A DNA stretch of 64,000 nucleotides from the human T2T-CHM13v2.0 reference genome, Homo sapiens (GCF_009914755.1 NC_060925.1); one strand, 5' to 3'; positions 27,271-42,412 are shown, counted from the stretch's first letter. Made by a program: numbers and translations. Notes: generated by a model not told the origin, from the sequence alone.

Positions 27271-29679
27271 CGACAGCTGCTGTTGTCATGAATATTACTG
27301 AAATACCACCAAGCCTTGTGTGTTACCCAAGGGATAAATTATTATGAGCTTGAGACCTTATCATTTGGAGTCACTAAATCTATAGAAAATTGGGATGTAA
27401 AAGAAACATAAATAGAATTTGAGAAATTTAAGTCATTTTTTAATAAGAATGACCCATTCATCCTCATTTAACTACCTTGGGGTGGGGGTGTTGGCAACTG
27501 TTTGGACAAATAGGAATTTGTTCTCTAACTAGCAGACCCTGATTAATGGCAGGAAAGGGGAGCAACTGGTGGATATGCCGGCGGCAGGGGGAGCTTCTTG
27601 AGAACTGGCTTTAAGTTAATGTGATCTGCACAAAAATTCAATAGCAGACAGCACTGAGACGGACAAGAAGGTATAGACCTCATCGCCAGCCATGAACAGC
27701 TTCCTCCTAGTTATCCTCCATTTCCCTAGGACTCTGGGGACATCTCTGAGTGCAAGGGCATCCCGGGACCCCAGGCTGCCTCTATAGGTCTGAAGTCTGG
27801 GTGAAGAGGAGCTCTGCCTTCTTATTAGGGAAAGCTGGCCCGGAGACTGCCCTAGGACTGCCTTCTCCTGGTTTCTCCTGGGAAAAAGAACAAGAAGGAA
27901 GAAATTTCAGAAGAAAGTAAGACAAATTGAGCTAAGTGAATGACTTACAGACTGTCAGTGGTGGGAACCCAGCACTCCACATATACACACACTTTGAATT
28001 TGGCAAAAAGCCCAGGTGAGGTATGAAGTGACTGTCAGCCAGGACTACCCACAGGCTGGCCTGGGGCTGGTGGCCTGAGCTTTGTCAGAGAGCCTCTAGA
28101 AACCTGCATTTCACCCAGGCCACCTCTGTCTTCTAGTGTGGCCAAGTAGGCACACACACACAAAAACTAAACAGTTTCGGATTGGAGAAGGCCCAGAAAT
28201 ACTCTTGGGTATATTTCGACATCTCAGGAAGTAGGTTCTGAGAGAGGAACCCCAGCATTTCCACACCTGATAGGGCAGGGGCAGGTGGACTTCAGTAGTT
28301 GACATCAGGCCAGTCACGCTTCAGCCCTTCCGTTGGAAATCTGAGGCCCAAAACACATTTTTTGGATGAGAGCCAACCACTCCGGAGAGTTGTCTCTTAT
28401 TTAAGCTGTGCAGTGAACTACCTACATAGTGTGAATTGAGAGACCTGGAAAGTCTCATCCCCCAAAAACACCCGCTCCCCAAGCATTTCTGTCTCCAAAC
28501 ATGTTTGTCCCCTCCTACTACAACATATCCAGGCCGTAACTTTCCTCTCTGATCCAAGTTCCTAAGGTGATGCAAGAGCAGGAGGGATACTCCAAGGAGA
28601 AGAGGCTACAGCAATAACAGGTGAGGCAGACACGGGTCAGTCCTGCTCTCGCTTTCTCAAGAACCCCATCTCCTGCCTTCATCTTCTATCTTACTCTGCT
28701 ATTCTCCATGACCTTGATTTGTCTCTGTCACCTGCTCCCTGTGCCTTTTCCATCTCTATGTCCATCCTAGGCCAGGTCGGTCCTGGGCACACAGTGGTCT
28801 CAATCCATGCCTGAGGAATGACTAAGCAATGAATGAACAGAGAGGCGTGGAAGAACATCTAGGGTGAGGGCTGCAGGCATATCCATGCCAGCCCTCCTTT
28901 TCCCCCAGGGCAAGCCCAGAAGGAAGCAGACACTGGAGAGAAAGGACTGGCTGTTAATCTTTTACCCAAAGTTCAGCTCCACAGTAATGCTCTTTGTGCT
29001 GCCCCTGCTAACTAGAGGCAGAAAATGTGGAAACATCACATATTTGCCGTAAATCTGCTGCTTTTTATGTAAAAACATTCATGACTGGCTTCATGTTTTG
29101 GTCCTTACTTTCTCTCCCTCTTCCTGTATCCATTTTTATAACCCCCTGTTCTCACATGTCAAAACAGTGTAACTAATCACTCTGTCACCTTGATCCCCTG
29201 CAAAGATGCCTTCTCCACTGTTTCCCCCCCACACGTCTTCACCATCTACTTTTCCAGCTGTTCCCTCCAGGGCAGCAGACTCTTGCATCCATAGTCACCA
29301 GGGCACACAGATCTCATTTTCTTTATGATTCATCTCCCAAGAGGAGAAATGACCAGGATCAAGAAATGCATATGTGACATTGCTGGGGAAATGTGGCTTC
29401 AGACAAGACAGGAGTTGGCAGAAATGGAGGTTACTCACTTTACTCAAAGCGAGGAGCTGGGAGAGATTGCCTTGGGTGGGGGGTTTTATTGGTTTTCATA
29501 TTTATCACTGGGGAGTGCTGTTAATGAATTGCCATCCTCCAAAATCAAACCATCAAGGTTGCATTTGGGCACTGAAGAACTGCTGGTTTCAGAAAGTGCC
29601 CCTGTTGGTCTGACAGTTTCTCATGATCAGGAAGTGTCACTGGGTGATCCAGATACCAAAGTCCTGTGAGCCCCTTTGT

Positions 29680-30965
29680 GCTCTCCTCTGATTGCTCAGG
29701 AGCCTTTGACACACTACACTTTGTCTGTCCTTCTGGAAGCCCTTTCTTCATTTGGTTTCCAGAGAACACAAGCTTCTGGTTTTCTTTCTACATCCCAGGA
29801 CATTCTTTTGCCAGGTCTTCCTCTTCTTCCTAATCTCTAACAGTTTGAGTAATGTAGAGCTCAGACCTTGAATCTCTTCTCTATCTATTCCACCTGCCTT
29901 TGTCGTCTCTGTCCTTCATGGATTTAAATATCAGGTTGATACATAAGAAACATCTGATGATCAATCTTTTTCACCTGTAAAAAAAAAAAGACAAGTTCAA
30001 TGGTCCCACCTAATGCTATATAGGATAAGTCCCAAATATTTATCTGTGTCCCCTGACTTCTCTTTGAACTTCAGACTCTTACCCAGCTGCCTACTTAGAC
30101 ACCGCCACTCAGATGTCTAATTGGTATGTCCAGATCAACCAAAGCAGTTCAGAGTAGGACTCTAGACTTCCCTGCCAAGTTTGTTCCTCTCCCAATCTTC
30201 CCCATTTCAGTTAAGCACAACCCCACTCCTCTGGTTGCTCAGATCAAGAACCTAATAGTCATCCTGGCTTCTTCTCTTTCTCCAACATGTTACAGAAGTA
30301 AGTTCTTTTAGCTCTAACCTCACTTCTCATGTCTTTGCTCTTATCATCCTAGGCCAAGTTTCCTGGGGTTGTTTCCTAGATTAGTGTAATGACATCCTAA
30401 CTGGTTTCTGCTTCTGCCTCTACCCTTGGACCTTCTATAATCTACTATCTTTACAGCAGTCAGAGTGATCACTCTGAAGCATACATCATATTGTGTCATT
30501 CTGTCCAGCCCAAATACTCCAATGTCTTCCAATAATGCTCAGAATAAAATCTAAACTCCTTACCCTGCCTATTTCCCAGGCCCTGCCCGTGTCTCTAATA
30601 TTCATCTCCTTTGCCTGCTTCACTCAGCTATAAATCAAAGCCTTGCTACTTCCTACTTCCTCTGCCTCTGGCACTCTCACTCCACTCATTCAAGGATGTT
30701 CGGTATCACCTCCCCTGGAAAAGCTTTCATAGACCATCCCATTATCAGTAATACTTATCCCTTCATCCTACCTTCTTTAATATGCTGATCACATGATAGT
30801 ATATGATAGCATGACTTGTTTATATGTTTATTATCTACCTACCAACTAGAGCCTAAGTTCTGTGAGAGCAAATATTGTTGTCTCCGTCAGTGCCCTTTCC
30901 TAGTGCCTGGCACACGATAGATGCTCAAAAAGTGTTTAAGTGAATGAATGAATTGATGAATGAGT
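29680..30965 (+). mobile_element. L2 (long 3' fragment)
   Basis: 'ctctttgaacttcagactc...cccactcagatgtctaa', 'cagcagtcagagtgatc', tail 'gcctggcacacgatagatgctcaaaaagtgtttaagtgaatgaatgaa'. Confidence 0.8.
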
Positions 30966-31266
30966 GTGCCAGGCCCCCAGCTCTGTATCCTGTGAGAGCT
31001 CAATACAGACTTGATGCTTGAAAACCTTGAGCCAGAGGAACTTTGAGCCAGCAGTCTAATAATGATGTGGGATTAGGATTGTACTGCAATGTGAGTTTGT
31101 AGTTTTTAGAATACTTCCTTATATATGGTAACCACTACCTCCTCTTCCCAACAGAATGGAGGATCCCAAGGAGGTCACTTTGCCATTTCCATTTTCTCCA
31201 GCCAAAACATTCAAGTTTTTATTCTTCGTGCAGTGACCATGACATCCTTGGTGTTGGCTATCACAG

Positions 31267-31268
<2 letters not shown>

Positions 31269-31300
<32 letters not shown>
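31269..31300 (+). repeat. (CA)n microsatellite
   Basis: Direct observation. Confidence 0.97.
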
Positions 31301-31301
<1 letters not shown>

Positions 31302-31319
31302 ACACCACATCAAACCAAT

Positions 31320-31530
31320 AATGATAAAAATGATAGCAAACTTTCAATAAGATCTTGCGTTGAACCAAGCACTGTTCTAAACTTTTTACATATATTATCT
31401 CATTAGGATGGCTTAAGAATCCTATAAAGCAGGTGCAGATTTGATCTCCACAATCAGATGAGGAAACTGAGGCACAAAAGGGACTAAGTAACTTTCCAAA
31501 GTTTACACAGCCAGTAAGAGAACAGGGCAA
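31320..31530 (-). mobile_element. MIR
   Basis: 'cagatgaggaaactgaggcacaaaagggactaagtaactttccaaagtttacacagccagtaag'. Confidence 0.8.
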
Positions 31531-32064
31531 ATATTTCTGAGGTTTTCAGTTTAGGATAAGGTCTCTAGCGATGCTATCCATAGAAAGTCCCAGTCTCCTA
31601 CTGTCCCCCCTGTCCAGATTGCTCAAAGCTCTGAAAATCCCATAAAGACAAGGGCAATGAACATTAAGGGCCTCCTATGTTACAGGGAGAAAGACCCTAG
31701 GTCCCCATATCCACAAAGGTGATGTGCTTCCACCCAAAGTATGACCAAGACAGTGACACAATAGGGCCCTTTTCCCTCATTTACCCTCTAAGGGTGCTCC
31801 ATGTCACTCAGAGCTGGCCCTGTTTCCCAGCCCAGTTGAAGGACACGTTTGCCTCACATCTTCAAGTGAACAGCCAGAATCCATGTAGCAATTTCCTCTC
31901 CCTCATCCTCCCTTGTTAGCTTAGCTCCATCTGGTAAACAGGAGTCCTGGTGCCCCCAGTTCTCAACCCCCTCACCTGAGAGGTAGCACCTAAAGCAAAA
32001 GGCTCTCTGAAAAAAATCACATCGCCTGCACTGCTAAGGACAAGGAACCCTCAGGCTCATGCAT

Positions 32065-32421
32065 TGATATGGTTTGGCTATGTCCCCACCCAAATCTTGT
32101 CTTGAATTCCCACATGTTGTGGGAGGGACCTGGTTGGAGGTAATTGAATCATGGGGGCAGGTCTTGTCCCATGCTGTTCTCGTGATAGTGAATAAGTCTC
32201 ATGAGATCTGATGGTCCTATAAGGGGGAGTTTCCCTGCGCAAGCTCTCTCTTTGTCTGCTGCCATCCATATAAGACATGACTTTCTCTTTCTTGCCTTCT
32301 GCCATGATTGTGAGGCCTCCCCAGCCACACGGAACTACAAGTCCATTAAACCCCTTTTTCCTGTATAAATTACCCAGTGTTGGGTATGTTTTTATCAGCA
32401 GTATGAAAATGAACTAATACA
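32065..32421 (+). mobile_element. THE1 solo LTR (THE1B-like)
   Basis: 'tgatatggtttggctatgtcccc...gaactaataca'; perfect 5-bp TSD tgcat. Confidence 0.93.
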
Positions 32422-34055
32422 TGCATTGATGCCCGCCTCCTGCAATCCTGGCAGTGGGACCAACGGGCTGCCTAAAGGCTGCTGCTTCTCACACAGGGAT
32501 AGCTGACAAGGCACAAGGGCATTGCTCCCAGCAGGCTTCTGCCCCCTCCCTGGCAGTGCTAGGCCAGAGAAGAAAGAGTGGGAGAGAGGGAGGGATGTCT
32601 CTCCAAGTAAGAGAGCAAGCAAAAAGATAAATGGAACCAATTCCAAAAGGAGTTACAGGGCATCTGGAGAAGCAAGACCCCTGACTTATAGTTAAGGCTC
32701 TGAAGCGTCAATTAATATGCTTCACATCTACCCCACCTTGCTCTTGGATGCACCAAATGCTTTCAGGAATACCCCCAGGGTCCCCTCCTCACAGCTAGAC
32801 AGGACTCACTTTCCACAGCACTAGAAACAAAGACTGCCAATACTCAAACTTTATGTGCAAAAGCTGCTTGTCTAAACCTGGATACAGAAAGATTTAAAGG
32901 CATACTTGCAGTGCAGTTTTTCCAGAGAAAGTGGAATATAAAGGAAGAGGGAGGGAGCAGGGAGGGAGAAAATATTAGCTTAAGAAATCTCAAGCTACTG
33001 ACCCAGGAAGAACCCGGTGCTAGAGGGATACTGAGTTGTGACTGAGGTTTTCTTTTTGCAATCCTACAAGGGGGTTAATGCCAGCCAGTGGTGGCCAGCT
33101 CATTTTTGATGGGTTGCCCAGGTTAGAGTGACTCATCTATGCCCCAGACTGCCCCTCCACATGGATCATCCCCTGTTTAACAACCTAGGAAGTTGGTGAA
33201 CCCCTTGCCAAGCACCAGTGAACTTCGAGATTTTCAGAAATCACAACCTTTGTGGGTATCAGTCTCCTCATCTGCAAAATCAGGCACTGAGAAAATGATT
33301 TCTAAGGTCCTATGTAGTTCTAATATTCTGGAATTTAATAAAGGCCTATAGTGGGATATTTTTGAGAAAATATCCTTTGCTCATCATGGAATGATTGCTA
33401 GGAATTCCCACAAAATAAGCAGTAAAGTCTCCCACATAACCTAGTTTTTAAATTTTAATTAAAGCCCATGAACTGAAAACAATCAAAATGTGTACTTCGG
33501 GAAGGGGCTAATTGTATATTAATTTCATTATTACCCAGATATATCCACCATCACTCATTAGATCAATGACAGATGATCGTCTTATTGGTCATCTTCAAAA
33601 TGATTTACTAAGTAATGACTAGTTGCCAAGGACTATGGTGGGAACTTTAGGGAATGCAGAAAACTAATGTTATATTGTCTCCATCTTTAGGAGAAAAAAA
33701 TGACAAATCTATATTTTAAAAATCTAGAAACTAATACAGGAAATTTAGAATCATAATAGAATTTTTTTAAGTTTAAGACTGACTACTGTTCATTTCAATG
33801 TTGACAAGTACAGATGTCCAGGTAATGCTAAACTTTTGAAGCACAAATGAAAATATACAATATTATTATCACTAAATTATATCACTATAAACAAGTAATC
33901 ACTGGTGCCCTGCAAATGTGCATAGAATATTTACCTTAGCCCACAGTTTGCTTAGAGAAAAATCTAGTCTTTCTCCATAAGATAATGCTCAGGTTGGTCA
34001 TTTTAGTTTCAATACTATATAGACTTGAGATTTTTACCTACAACAACCTTGTAGG

Positions 34056-34200
34056 CAGAACCGGCTATATAATTTGTGGGGTCCAGTGCGAAATGGAAAT
34101 GTGGGATTTTTTGTTTACAAATTATTAATACTAAGAATTTTAAGATGGCAAAAGCAGGGCATTAAACCAAGTGTGGGCCCCTTCTAAGGTCAGGGCCTGC
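34056..34200 (-). mobile_element. MER45A-like hAT-Tip100 MITE
   Basis: 'ccggctatataatttgtggggtccagtgcgaaatggaaatgtggg...gcattaaaccaagtgtgggccccttct'. Confidence 0.75.
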
Positions 34201-34229
34201 TCATAGATTATCCAGAGGTAGCCATGGCT

Positions 34230-34490
34230 GACAATTAATGAGTTCTTGCTGTCTGCTGAGCATAGATCTAAGGACTGTACATTTATTAACTCTTTTAATC
34301 CTCAGAACAACCCTGGGAAGGGGGGGAAGTACTATTATTCTCTACCTATAATAAGGAAACAAAGGCATAGAAAAGTTAAGCATCTTACCCTTGGATCCAT
34401 GGACAGGAAATAGAGCCAAGATTTCACGACAGGATTTTGAGGCAGACTGGGTTCAGGTCCCATCACATTGCTACACTCTGCTGCTTCTAG
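34230..34490 (-). mobile_element. MIR
   Basis: 'tttaatcctcagaacaaccctg...actattatt...aaggaaacaaaggcatagaaaagttaag'. Confidence 0.7.
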
Positions 34491-36309
34491 TAGTCATTCT
34501 CCCAAACTGAGTCTGGAAATTATACTAATGGATTTCCACTCCGCAGACTCTTTTAATTTTCTTCTCTCCTAAGATTAACGCTGGGCTTGAGTAACTCTGA
34601 GGTTGTCACAGTTCCAAGGAACTGCAATGACTAGGGGCCTTTTGCATATGTGTGACTGGATGGATGTGGGCAAAGTCGAGTAAGCCTGAATGCAGAGAGC
34701 CGGGCATAGTTTTTCTTAGACTCCCACATGTTATTGAACCTCCACAGTCAAAGCCTGCTGAAGCTTCACAGCTAAGGCTCTGGGTGAAAATGGCTCAGAC
34801 CAAGAAGGCACACCAGACTCCAATAAGCCTGGTTCCATTTCGTGCTGGAAGGATGGGGTCTCTGGGCAGAGCTGGGCTTGCCTGCAACAACCTTAACTTT
34901 TAGCTCACGGCTGTGGCCTTGCTCCTGGGCAGGTCCCACAGGAGGAACCTCCATGCTAGGCACTCCACCCTCGCCATAGAGGGCTGTGAGTCAGCCACAT
35001 AGAGTGGAAAATGAAGAGCACTGTTGTTGGAGGGAAGAACATTAGGCAGCCTGGCCCTCTGCTTTCTAGAACTGTGATTTTCCAACTTCAGTTGGGCATA
35101 AAGATCAACTTCAAAGAAAAAAAAAAGTTGGCTCCTATGCTTACTTTTTATATAACAAGCTTTTCAGGATTTCTGATGTAGGTGATGCATTCTTCAAGAA
35201 TCACCATCTAGAAAATGGATAACCTTAACATGATGGGAGCATTTCCAAGGGAGGGTCGGTGATCACTCTCCTTCACCATCAGGGATGAGCCAGCTACAGC
35301 ACCACTTCTAGCAGGGCTTAGACTAGTCGGATGAGACACCTGAAGGAGGGAATGCAGCCCCCAGCTTTCTACATGGATGCTAGAGTCCCAGGTCATTCTT
35401 TTTTAACTTCGGCTAATAATCTTAATCAATATTTTTATTTTTACTGGAGTATAAATTGTGCCTCCCACCATGACCTGCCATCCACAAAATGATGAAGGTT
35501 TCCATGCAAACTTTTCTCCTTATAAAGGGTTTTCAGGCCTCTTCTTTCTCTCTCTACCTGCTGTTTCTTCTAAATACCATTTGGCTTGAAAAGCTCTAAT
35601 TTTGAGGAAATTCCTTTTTGTCAGAATGGATCAGAGTCATCAAACGCTGTTGATGAAATAGACTTCAGAGAGCATTCAGCCTGGCACTTTTACTCTATAG
35701 ACAGGGAACTGAAAGCCAGATGAGGCCAGAGCTGACTAGAGTGACATAGAGTGGGGTCCACACTCACATGCATAGGTGAGGTCACTGAGCAGACCCCGCA
35801 TACTCACAGTTCATGCAACCCAAAGATGTCCCTTCTCCCCACAGTGCCACATCACACCCAGTAAGCTGACACCCACCGCAGGGCATGTCTAGACTCTCTT
35901 CACTGGATTTCCCATTAAAGCAATGCTGAAAACAAGTTTTTTTAAATCTCTGGAAATGAATGGATATCTCATATAGCAAGAATACAGCAAGGGGGCCGGA
36001 AAAGTCCACCGTGCACATGTTTTAAAAACAAGTTATAAATAAACAGAATAATCAGAAACCGGATTGAACTTCCAAGTTCAGAATGAGACATGGAAGATGA
36101 AAGGCCTGACTTGTTCCTAACTAGCTGGGCGGTGGCTCAGTTGTATAATCCTTTCCTGGCTACGTGGCATTGGAATTCATAAAATTTTGGACTTTTAGAA
36201 CTGAAAAAGATCTTAGAGAAGTTGTCTGGCCCAACCCCTCACACTGGGATAGTAAAACTGAAGCTCAGAGAGATGAAGACACTTGCCCGAAGTCACAGAG
36301 CTCATATTT

Positions 36310-38200
36310 GTTAATCAACCAGGGTTATTCTTGCAGCTACTGAAGGAACCACAGTGGATGGGTTATTTGGTACTTGGCAAAGAAAACTTATTACCTAGTA
36401 GTTTGATATCTTTCCTATGTGGTATAAAAATTTCAAACAGATCACCTAGTGGGGAAATGTAATCACAGTTTTTAATTAACATAAAGTCTCCAAGACATTT
36501 GTTGTTGTTATATTACTTTTATACAGTGTAAATCAATTAGCTGCAACGGGCTAGTGGGTGCAGAGAGTGGCAGTCAGTCACTGGGCAGATAATTGCTCTG
36601 TTGCTGAGATTAACACCTTATCATGCTATTAGGACCACTTATGAATCTTGTAGTCCCGACGAAGCCTACAATTTAGGGACTATCCATTCCAGCTGTCTCC
36701 ATTTCTATAGCCTCCTACATGCAAACAATTGTTGCATTAAGTGCTGCATTTAATTAAAGGCCCTTCCCATGTCATGGGTACAGTCACAGGAAAGACAAGA
36801 GACCTCGTTTGTTTCAAAAAAAAAAAAAAAAAAAAAGCACCTCTTGCTGGTGATTAGTTAGTGTTAAAGCAATCAGGATTAAAGTCAGGGAGGCCACAAA
36901 AGAAGGATAAGATATTGATGACTGTGGAATTGTCAGTCGGAAAGTACATACATAGCTTTACTTTTATGTGTTAGTAAGAAATCAGTGATGAGAAATATGA
37001 GCCTGGGTTTCTTCTCACTTTAAAGGGTCATATCATCAAAGCCTGGAGTGCTCCACCTCTTCCCAAAAGTCCAACCAAGCATCTTACCAGAATTGTTTTT
37101 AACTATCAGATTCTAGCATGAGAGGTCAGAAATTGGGGATTGACGAGGCAGGTTGGGGAAAGCACGAACCAAGACATTCAGATTGGTTTGTTGTATCCAA
37201 GTAAAGAGAGAAATTTATCTCCAAGGGAGCTCTGATTATATTTTAACAAAGGGAAGCAAGCTTTCCCTGGGACAATTCTTACTGGAATAGGAGACACCCC
37301 CTCCCCCAAAAAAGTCAAACAGGCAACAAATAATTTTACCATTACCAGGTAATATGTGTTAATTGCTCAGTTTATATACTCAGAATGCCATACCATTAGA
37401 GACTGTGTATGCATTGTAACTAGAGCATTAATAAATTTAAAATGTGCCTATTAGGATGACAGCTTTGGAGGTGCAAAGGAATAACAGTTATCACTTGGCA
37501 GAAGCCGCTCTCACCCCATCTGCCGAGACTTTGCATACATTTTCAGCTTCCTGAGCAATGATTAGGCCTGTCAGAACCTCTTTAACCTTCTAACTGCTGG
37601 TCCCCACTGGCCGTAATTAGAGACTAATGAATTCAGAAGATGCAGGCCGTGAGGAAAACTGCCTTGACAGTTTGTGTACAAATTAAGCCCCAATTACTTC
37701 ATGCATCTTTTGCATCGCTGATACAAGTCTCTGTTATTATTTTTGAATATGGTCATTTTAGCAGAAACGAAGAACTTGGCTAATGTATTTTGTCATTTTT
37801 ATGGCTCATCATAAAGAAAAAACATACTGGGCGGGTCATGAATATGTGAAATAAACTACAGCAGATTATAAAAAGAAATTAATTTTCCTTTTGAGAATAC
37901 CCTACCACCTTTTCATCCCCCCAATGGATAAACTTATTAATATGGTTATTTTTATTCTGATAATATCTGCCATTTAAGGAGCCTGACTCACGAGCAGGTA
38001 GTCTGGCTTAGGTTTAGCCTCCAAGTGAGGAGCATTTGGAAGTGTGGTGGCCCTTCATTGCTAATCCCGGTATAAAGACTGCTTCGAGAATATTGTCAGA
38101 AAACTCTTTGTTCTGTGCCCTTACTTGCCCCTCCACCTTCAACGGCCATGGTGAAAAGTTTGTAACTGCAAGAGGCATAGCTTTTAAATGACAATAGAAA
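36310..38200. promoter_or_regulatory. candidate conserved non-coding element / developmental enhancer
   Basis: No recognisable interspersed repeat; many TAAT/TAATTA motifs and TGACAG motifs (37457, 37568 reverse, 37665). Conservation not verifiable here. Confidence 0.4.
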
Positions 38201-38692
38201 GGTCCAATGTCACATTCTTTAAAAAAAAAAAAAAAAAAACTCTCAAAACGATATTGAATCTTGTTTCAGCCTCACGGGTCAACCTGACTAGATATTCTAT
38301 TTTAGTCATTTGGGGGATCCCTTCCCCTACTCTTTTACTTTATACACAAAAATCCTGGCTTATATGTCCTCAGAAAGCCAGGGGAGTAGGCCCACATGTC
38401 TGCAGGATAGTCATCACCTTTCTGGCTCTTTCTTTAGCTACAAGATGCTGCTGTTGACAGTGGGTTCTGCCAAATGTCTTGGTCTCTGTTGCTCTGGGCA
38501 GCTCAAAGACCCCCCTGCCAGTGGTCCTTCCCTGCTGAGGACCAGTCTCCTATAGCCATCCTTCACTAAAGTTCCTGCATGCCAGAGGGCTCCTATTCCT
38601 GCTCCACACCAGCCTCAGAGAAAGTTAAGATTCTTCCTTCTGCCTGGCCACCTTCAACTCCCCAGCTTAAAGCACTTCCCTTCGTTCTCTCT

Positions 38693-39153
38693 GGTGGTAG
38701 GCAGAATAATCCCACCCTGCTTTAAAAAAATGTTTATTTCCTAATCCCCAGAACCTGTGAAGGTGTCACCTCACATGGAAAAAGGGACTTTACAGATGTG
38801 ATTAAACTAAAGATCTTGAGATGGGGGGATTATCAAGGTTGACTCAATCTAATCACAAGGTCCTTATCAGAGGAAGACTGGGGAATAAGAGTCAGTAGTA
38901 GGAGGTGTGACAATGGAAGCAAGAGGTTGGAGTGATGTAAGGAAGGGGCCACAAGCCAAGGAATGCAGGTGGCCTCTAAGAGCTGCAAAAGGCCAGGCAA
39001 TGAGTTCTCCCCTGAAGTCACCTGAAGGAGCTATCCCTGCAGACACCTTGATTTCAGACTTCTAATGTCTGGAACTATAAGACAATAAATATATATTGTT
39101 TTAAGCCACTACATTTGTGGTAATTTGTCACAATAGCAGGAGGAAACTAATAT
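38693..39153 (+). mobile_element. MaLR solo LTR, MLT1D-like
   Basis: 'ggtaggcagaataat...cctaatccccagaacctgtgaa...gggactttacagatgtgattaa...ttttaagccact...ggaaactaata'. Confidence 0.85.
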
Positions 39154-41585
39154 AGCTTTCTCCTATGGAAACATAAAGATTTGTGTTTGTATTATAATAA
39201 TTATAATTCCAATAATAATTAATGTAACAATTTATTTTATATAAATTAATAGTATCTGTCTTCTTATCTCTAAGATTGAAATCATAAGCTATCTTCATGA
39301 GGATGTTATGGTAACTAAGGGAATTAAAGAATCATTTGGATATGTGGACCAAAGTAGATATGCAATAAAAAGTTGACAAAGTGCAGCTCAAAAGTGAGTC
39401 TTAGTATGAATATGAGCCAAGACAGTGTCAGCCCCTACCTGGCTTCCTCTGCGCTAGGTCCTTACAACTGGATCTTTAATGGTCTCTAGATACAGGCTCC
39501 AGCCCACCTATTCTTGAATGGCAGGAAGCAGTAGTTTCTTGTCTAGTGGACCTAAACTTGACCTACCTACTCTTTTAGACTCTGAATACTGTAACCAAGA
39601 CCCATGTATTTGGTCTGTGGTATCACCTCCAGGTCTTCTTCATAGTCAAAAATTATCTGGGTCTCAAGTTTAGTGAGCAAGATACTGGAGTTTGAGTAGC
39701 TATAACATTATAGTGAATCTGCCTACTGTGTTGGCTTCACCTTGGGATTGGGTATTTGCCTAAGACCTTAACCTTAGGGGGAAGAAGCCTTAATTCTATT
39801 TGCTTCACCTGTTGAGGACTCCTGTTCTGGGACCAGAAGCTACATCCTCAACCCAATCCATTGACTGGGGCCATAAGACCCCACGTCATACTTGTTCATC
39901 CCTTTCTGGGCCCTATGTCTTTCCTCTTTATCCCCCAAATTTAACCACATTCATAAGCCATCCTTGGATAGATTCTTGAGTGAATATCAAAAGCTAGCTT
40001 GACTGGGGGGATTTGATCCACACCTTAACACATGCTGTTGTACCACTGAGTTGTTCTCTCCAGACCTACCTGAGTCATGTTGTCCATTTTCCCGAGACCA
40101 TCAAGTTCTTGTCCTGTATACTCCTCTGCTTATGTTCTAGGTTGCCATCAGCACATTGTCAAGGCTGGCTCTGAGTCCAATGAGTAAAGAGAAAGGCTAA
40201 ATAAAGATGGCCATGGCTGAAACATTGACTTAGAAACTCATTTCATTAGAGTGATTTATTAAAAAGCAGTACTTAGAAAAAGCATATTATTCATCTCTTT
40301 AACATGATTGCATTAGAGTGATTTTTTTCTGGTGACAACTTTCGAGGTAGGTTTTTAAAAGAATAAACACAGTCTAGTGGAAAATTATGCCTAAAGTCTT
40401 GGCCTGCAGTGACAAGGTACAGACTGCTACTAACTGAGGCCTTCCCATAGACCTCCCCTTCCTGTGAACTCCTAACTTAGCTGCAGCCTGACAGAATAGT
40501 AATGAGAAGTATGAAAGTCCAGGAGCAGGGAGAAAAAATGGGTGGAAACAAGAGGCCCCAGACCCTGCCCACACCCCCGAAGACCCATGTGGGGAAACAG
40601 CTCTCCAGCCTTCAGCAGACAAGCTTCAGGGGATGCTGAAGAGAAGAGGGAGGACTAAACCCACAGAGCCTGGAGCTGCATTTTAGATTCACAGAACCCC
40701 AGAATGGGAAATTGTGGACCAGAAAGGCCAAAGCATGACCACTTTCTTCCCTTTGTGATGGCAACACAGCAGACCTTCCTATCAGGCCTTCATGGCCACG
40801 GTCTTGAAATGAACTCAAGAAGTGCTACTGTGGGCCAGGATCAGAAGGTGTACCCCATGGATATCCAGAGCCCCAGGAGGTTATACGGTCTTCAAAGAGC
40901 CCAGTATTATACCCTCATTCTCTCTCCTAGGAAAGCAAAAATCATTTCTATCATTCCTATTCAAATTGTGGCTCATTTATTTGTTTGTGAAACTGACATT
41001 AACTAGGCTTCTGAAAGACCTCACCCATGGATGATGTTCTGAGCTAACACACCCTCCCTGCCACCTAGAAGAGTTTCTCTCTGTGTGTCTTTGACTCCTC
41101 ATCCTCCACATCTTGGCTCTGGGATCTCCACACTCATTCAGCAGAGGGTCTTTGTATTTCAGAGGAGATTCAGTGCTCTTTATAAATTTAATTTACATGG
41201 AAGCCTGGTAAATAGTTTAGGGTCTGAAGGGAGATAGGCCTGACCCCGCCACACCCTGGCGCTACTCTGCACAGAAATGTCACCTGACGTGTGAGAGACA
41301 GCATGCATGTAGCGGGCTGGGCTACAGGTCTCCTTTTGTCTCAGCTACTAGAGGTGGGACAAGTCAGGGTGGCCCACTACCATGTGGGTGGAAAACTTTT
41401 GAGTCTCATTTACACCATATTTGTTTTTAAAGCATACCACAGAACTTATCTTTGAAAGGCTCATGCATTCTCTAGATTTGCTTCTGAAGTTAGAAGAAAA
41501 TTCCTCTTTCACATGGAAAATGTTAATTTCACCCAAAATGAGGTTAAATAAATTAAAGTGTGATAGGCTCGTAATGGTCTATTAT

Positions 41586-41930
<345 letters not shown>

Positions 41931-42240
41931 TAACTCCAGTGCTCCAAAACTGGTCCACATAGGAGCATCCTCTCTGGCACTGTTCCAATCCATTCCCTTG
42001 TTATGTTTTTATAAGTCTCTTTATCTCACTAAAAGCATTTTCCTTTAAGGATGGAGATAATTCATCTAGGTATCTCTCTAAAGTGCCTAGTTCACCAAGA
42101 GCAAAGTCTTCAAAAGACATTGCAAAATAAAATTAAAATATATCACTAACAACCTATTCTTAAAAGGTACCCCTAATGGTTAAAATATATTCTTAAAAGT
42201 TAATTTCTAATGGGGTCACCTCCATAGAGCCCTTCTCAAA

Positions 42241-42277
42241 CACACACACACACACGTACACACACACACACACACAC
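42241..42277 (+). repeat. interrupted (CA)n microsatellite
   Basis: Direct observation. Confidence 0.95.
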
Positions 42278-42412
42278 CCCAAAATGATCTCCTAAAACTG
42301 AGCAGGTCATTTTCACAGTATCTCTGCAGGCTTTCTGAAGATAAGGACTGTTTTCCGCATTCTGTATTTGATACAGCACCTAGTTCACTGAGACCATCCA
42401 GGGATGCATCAC

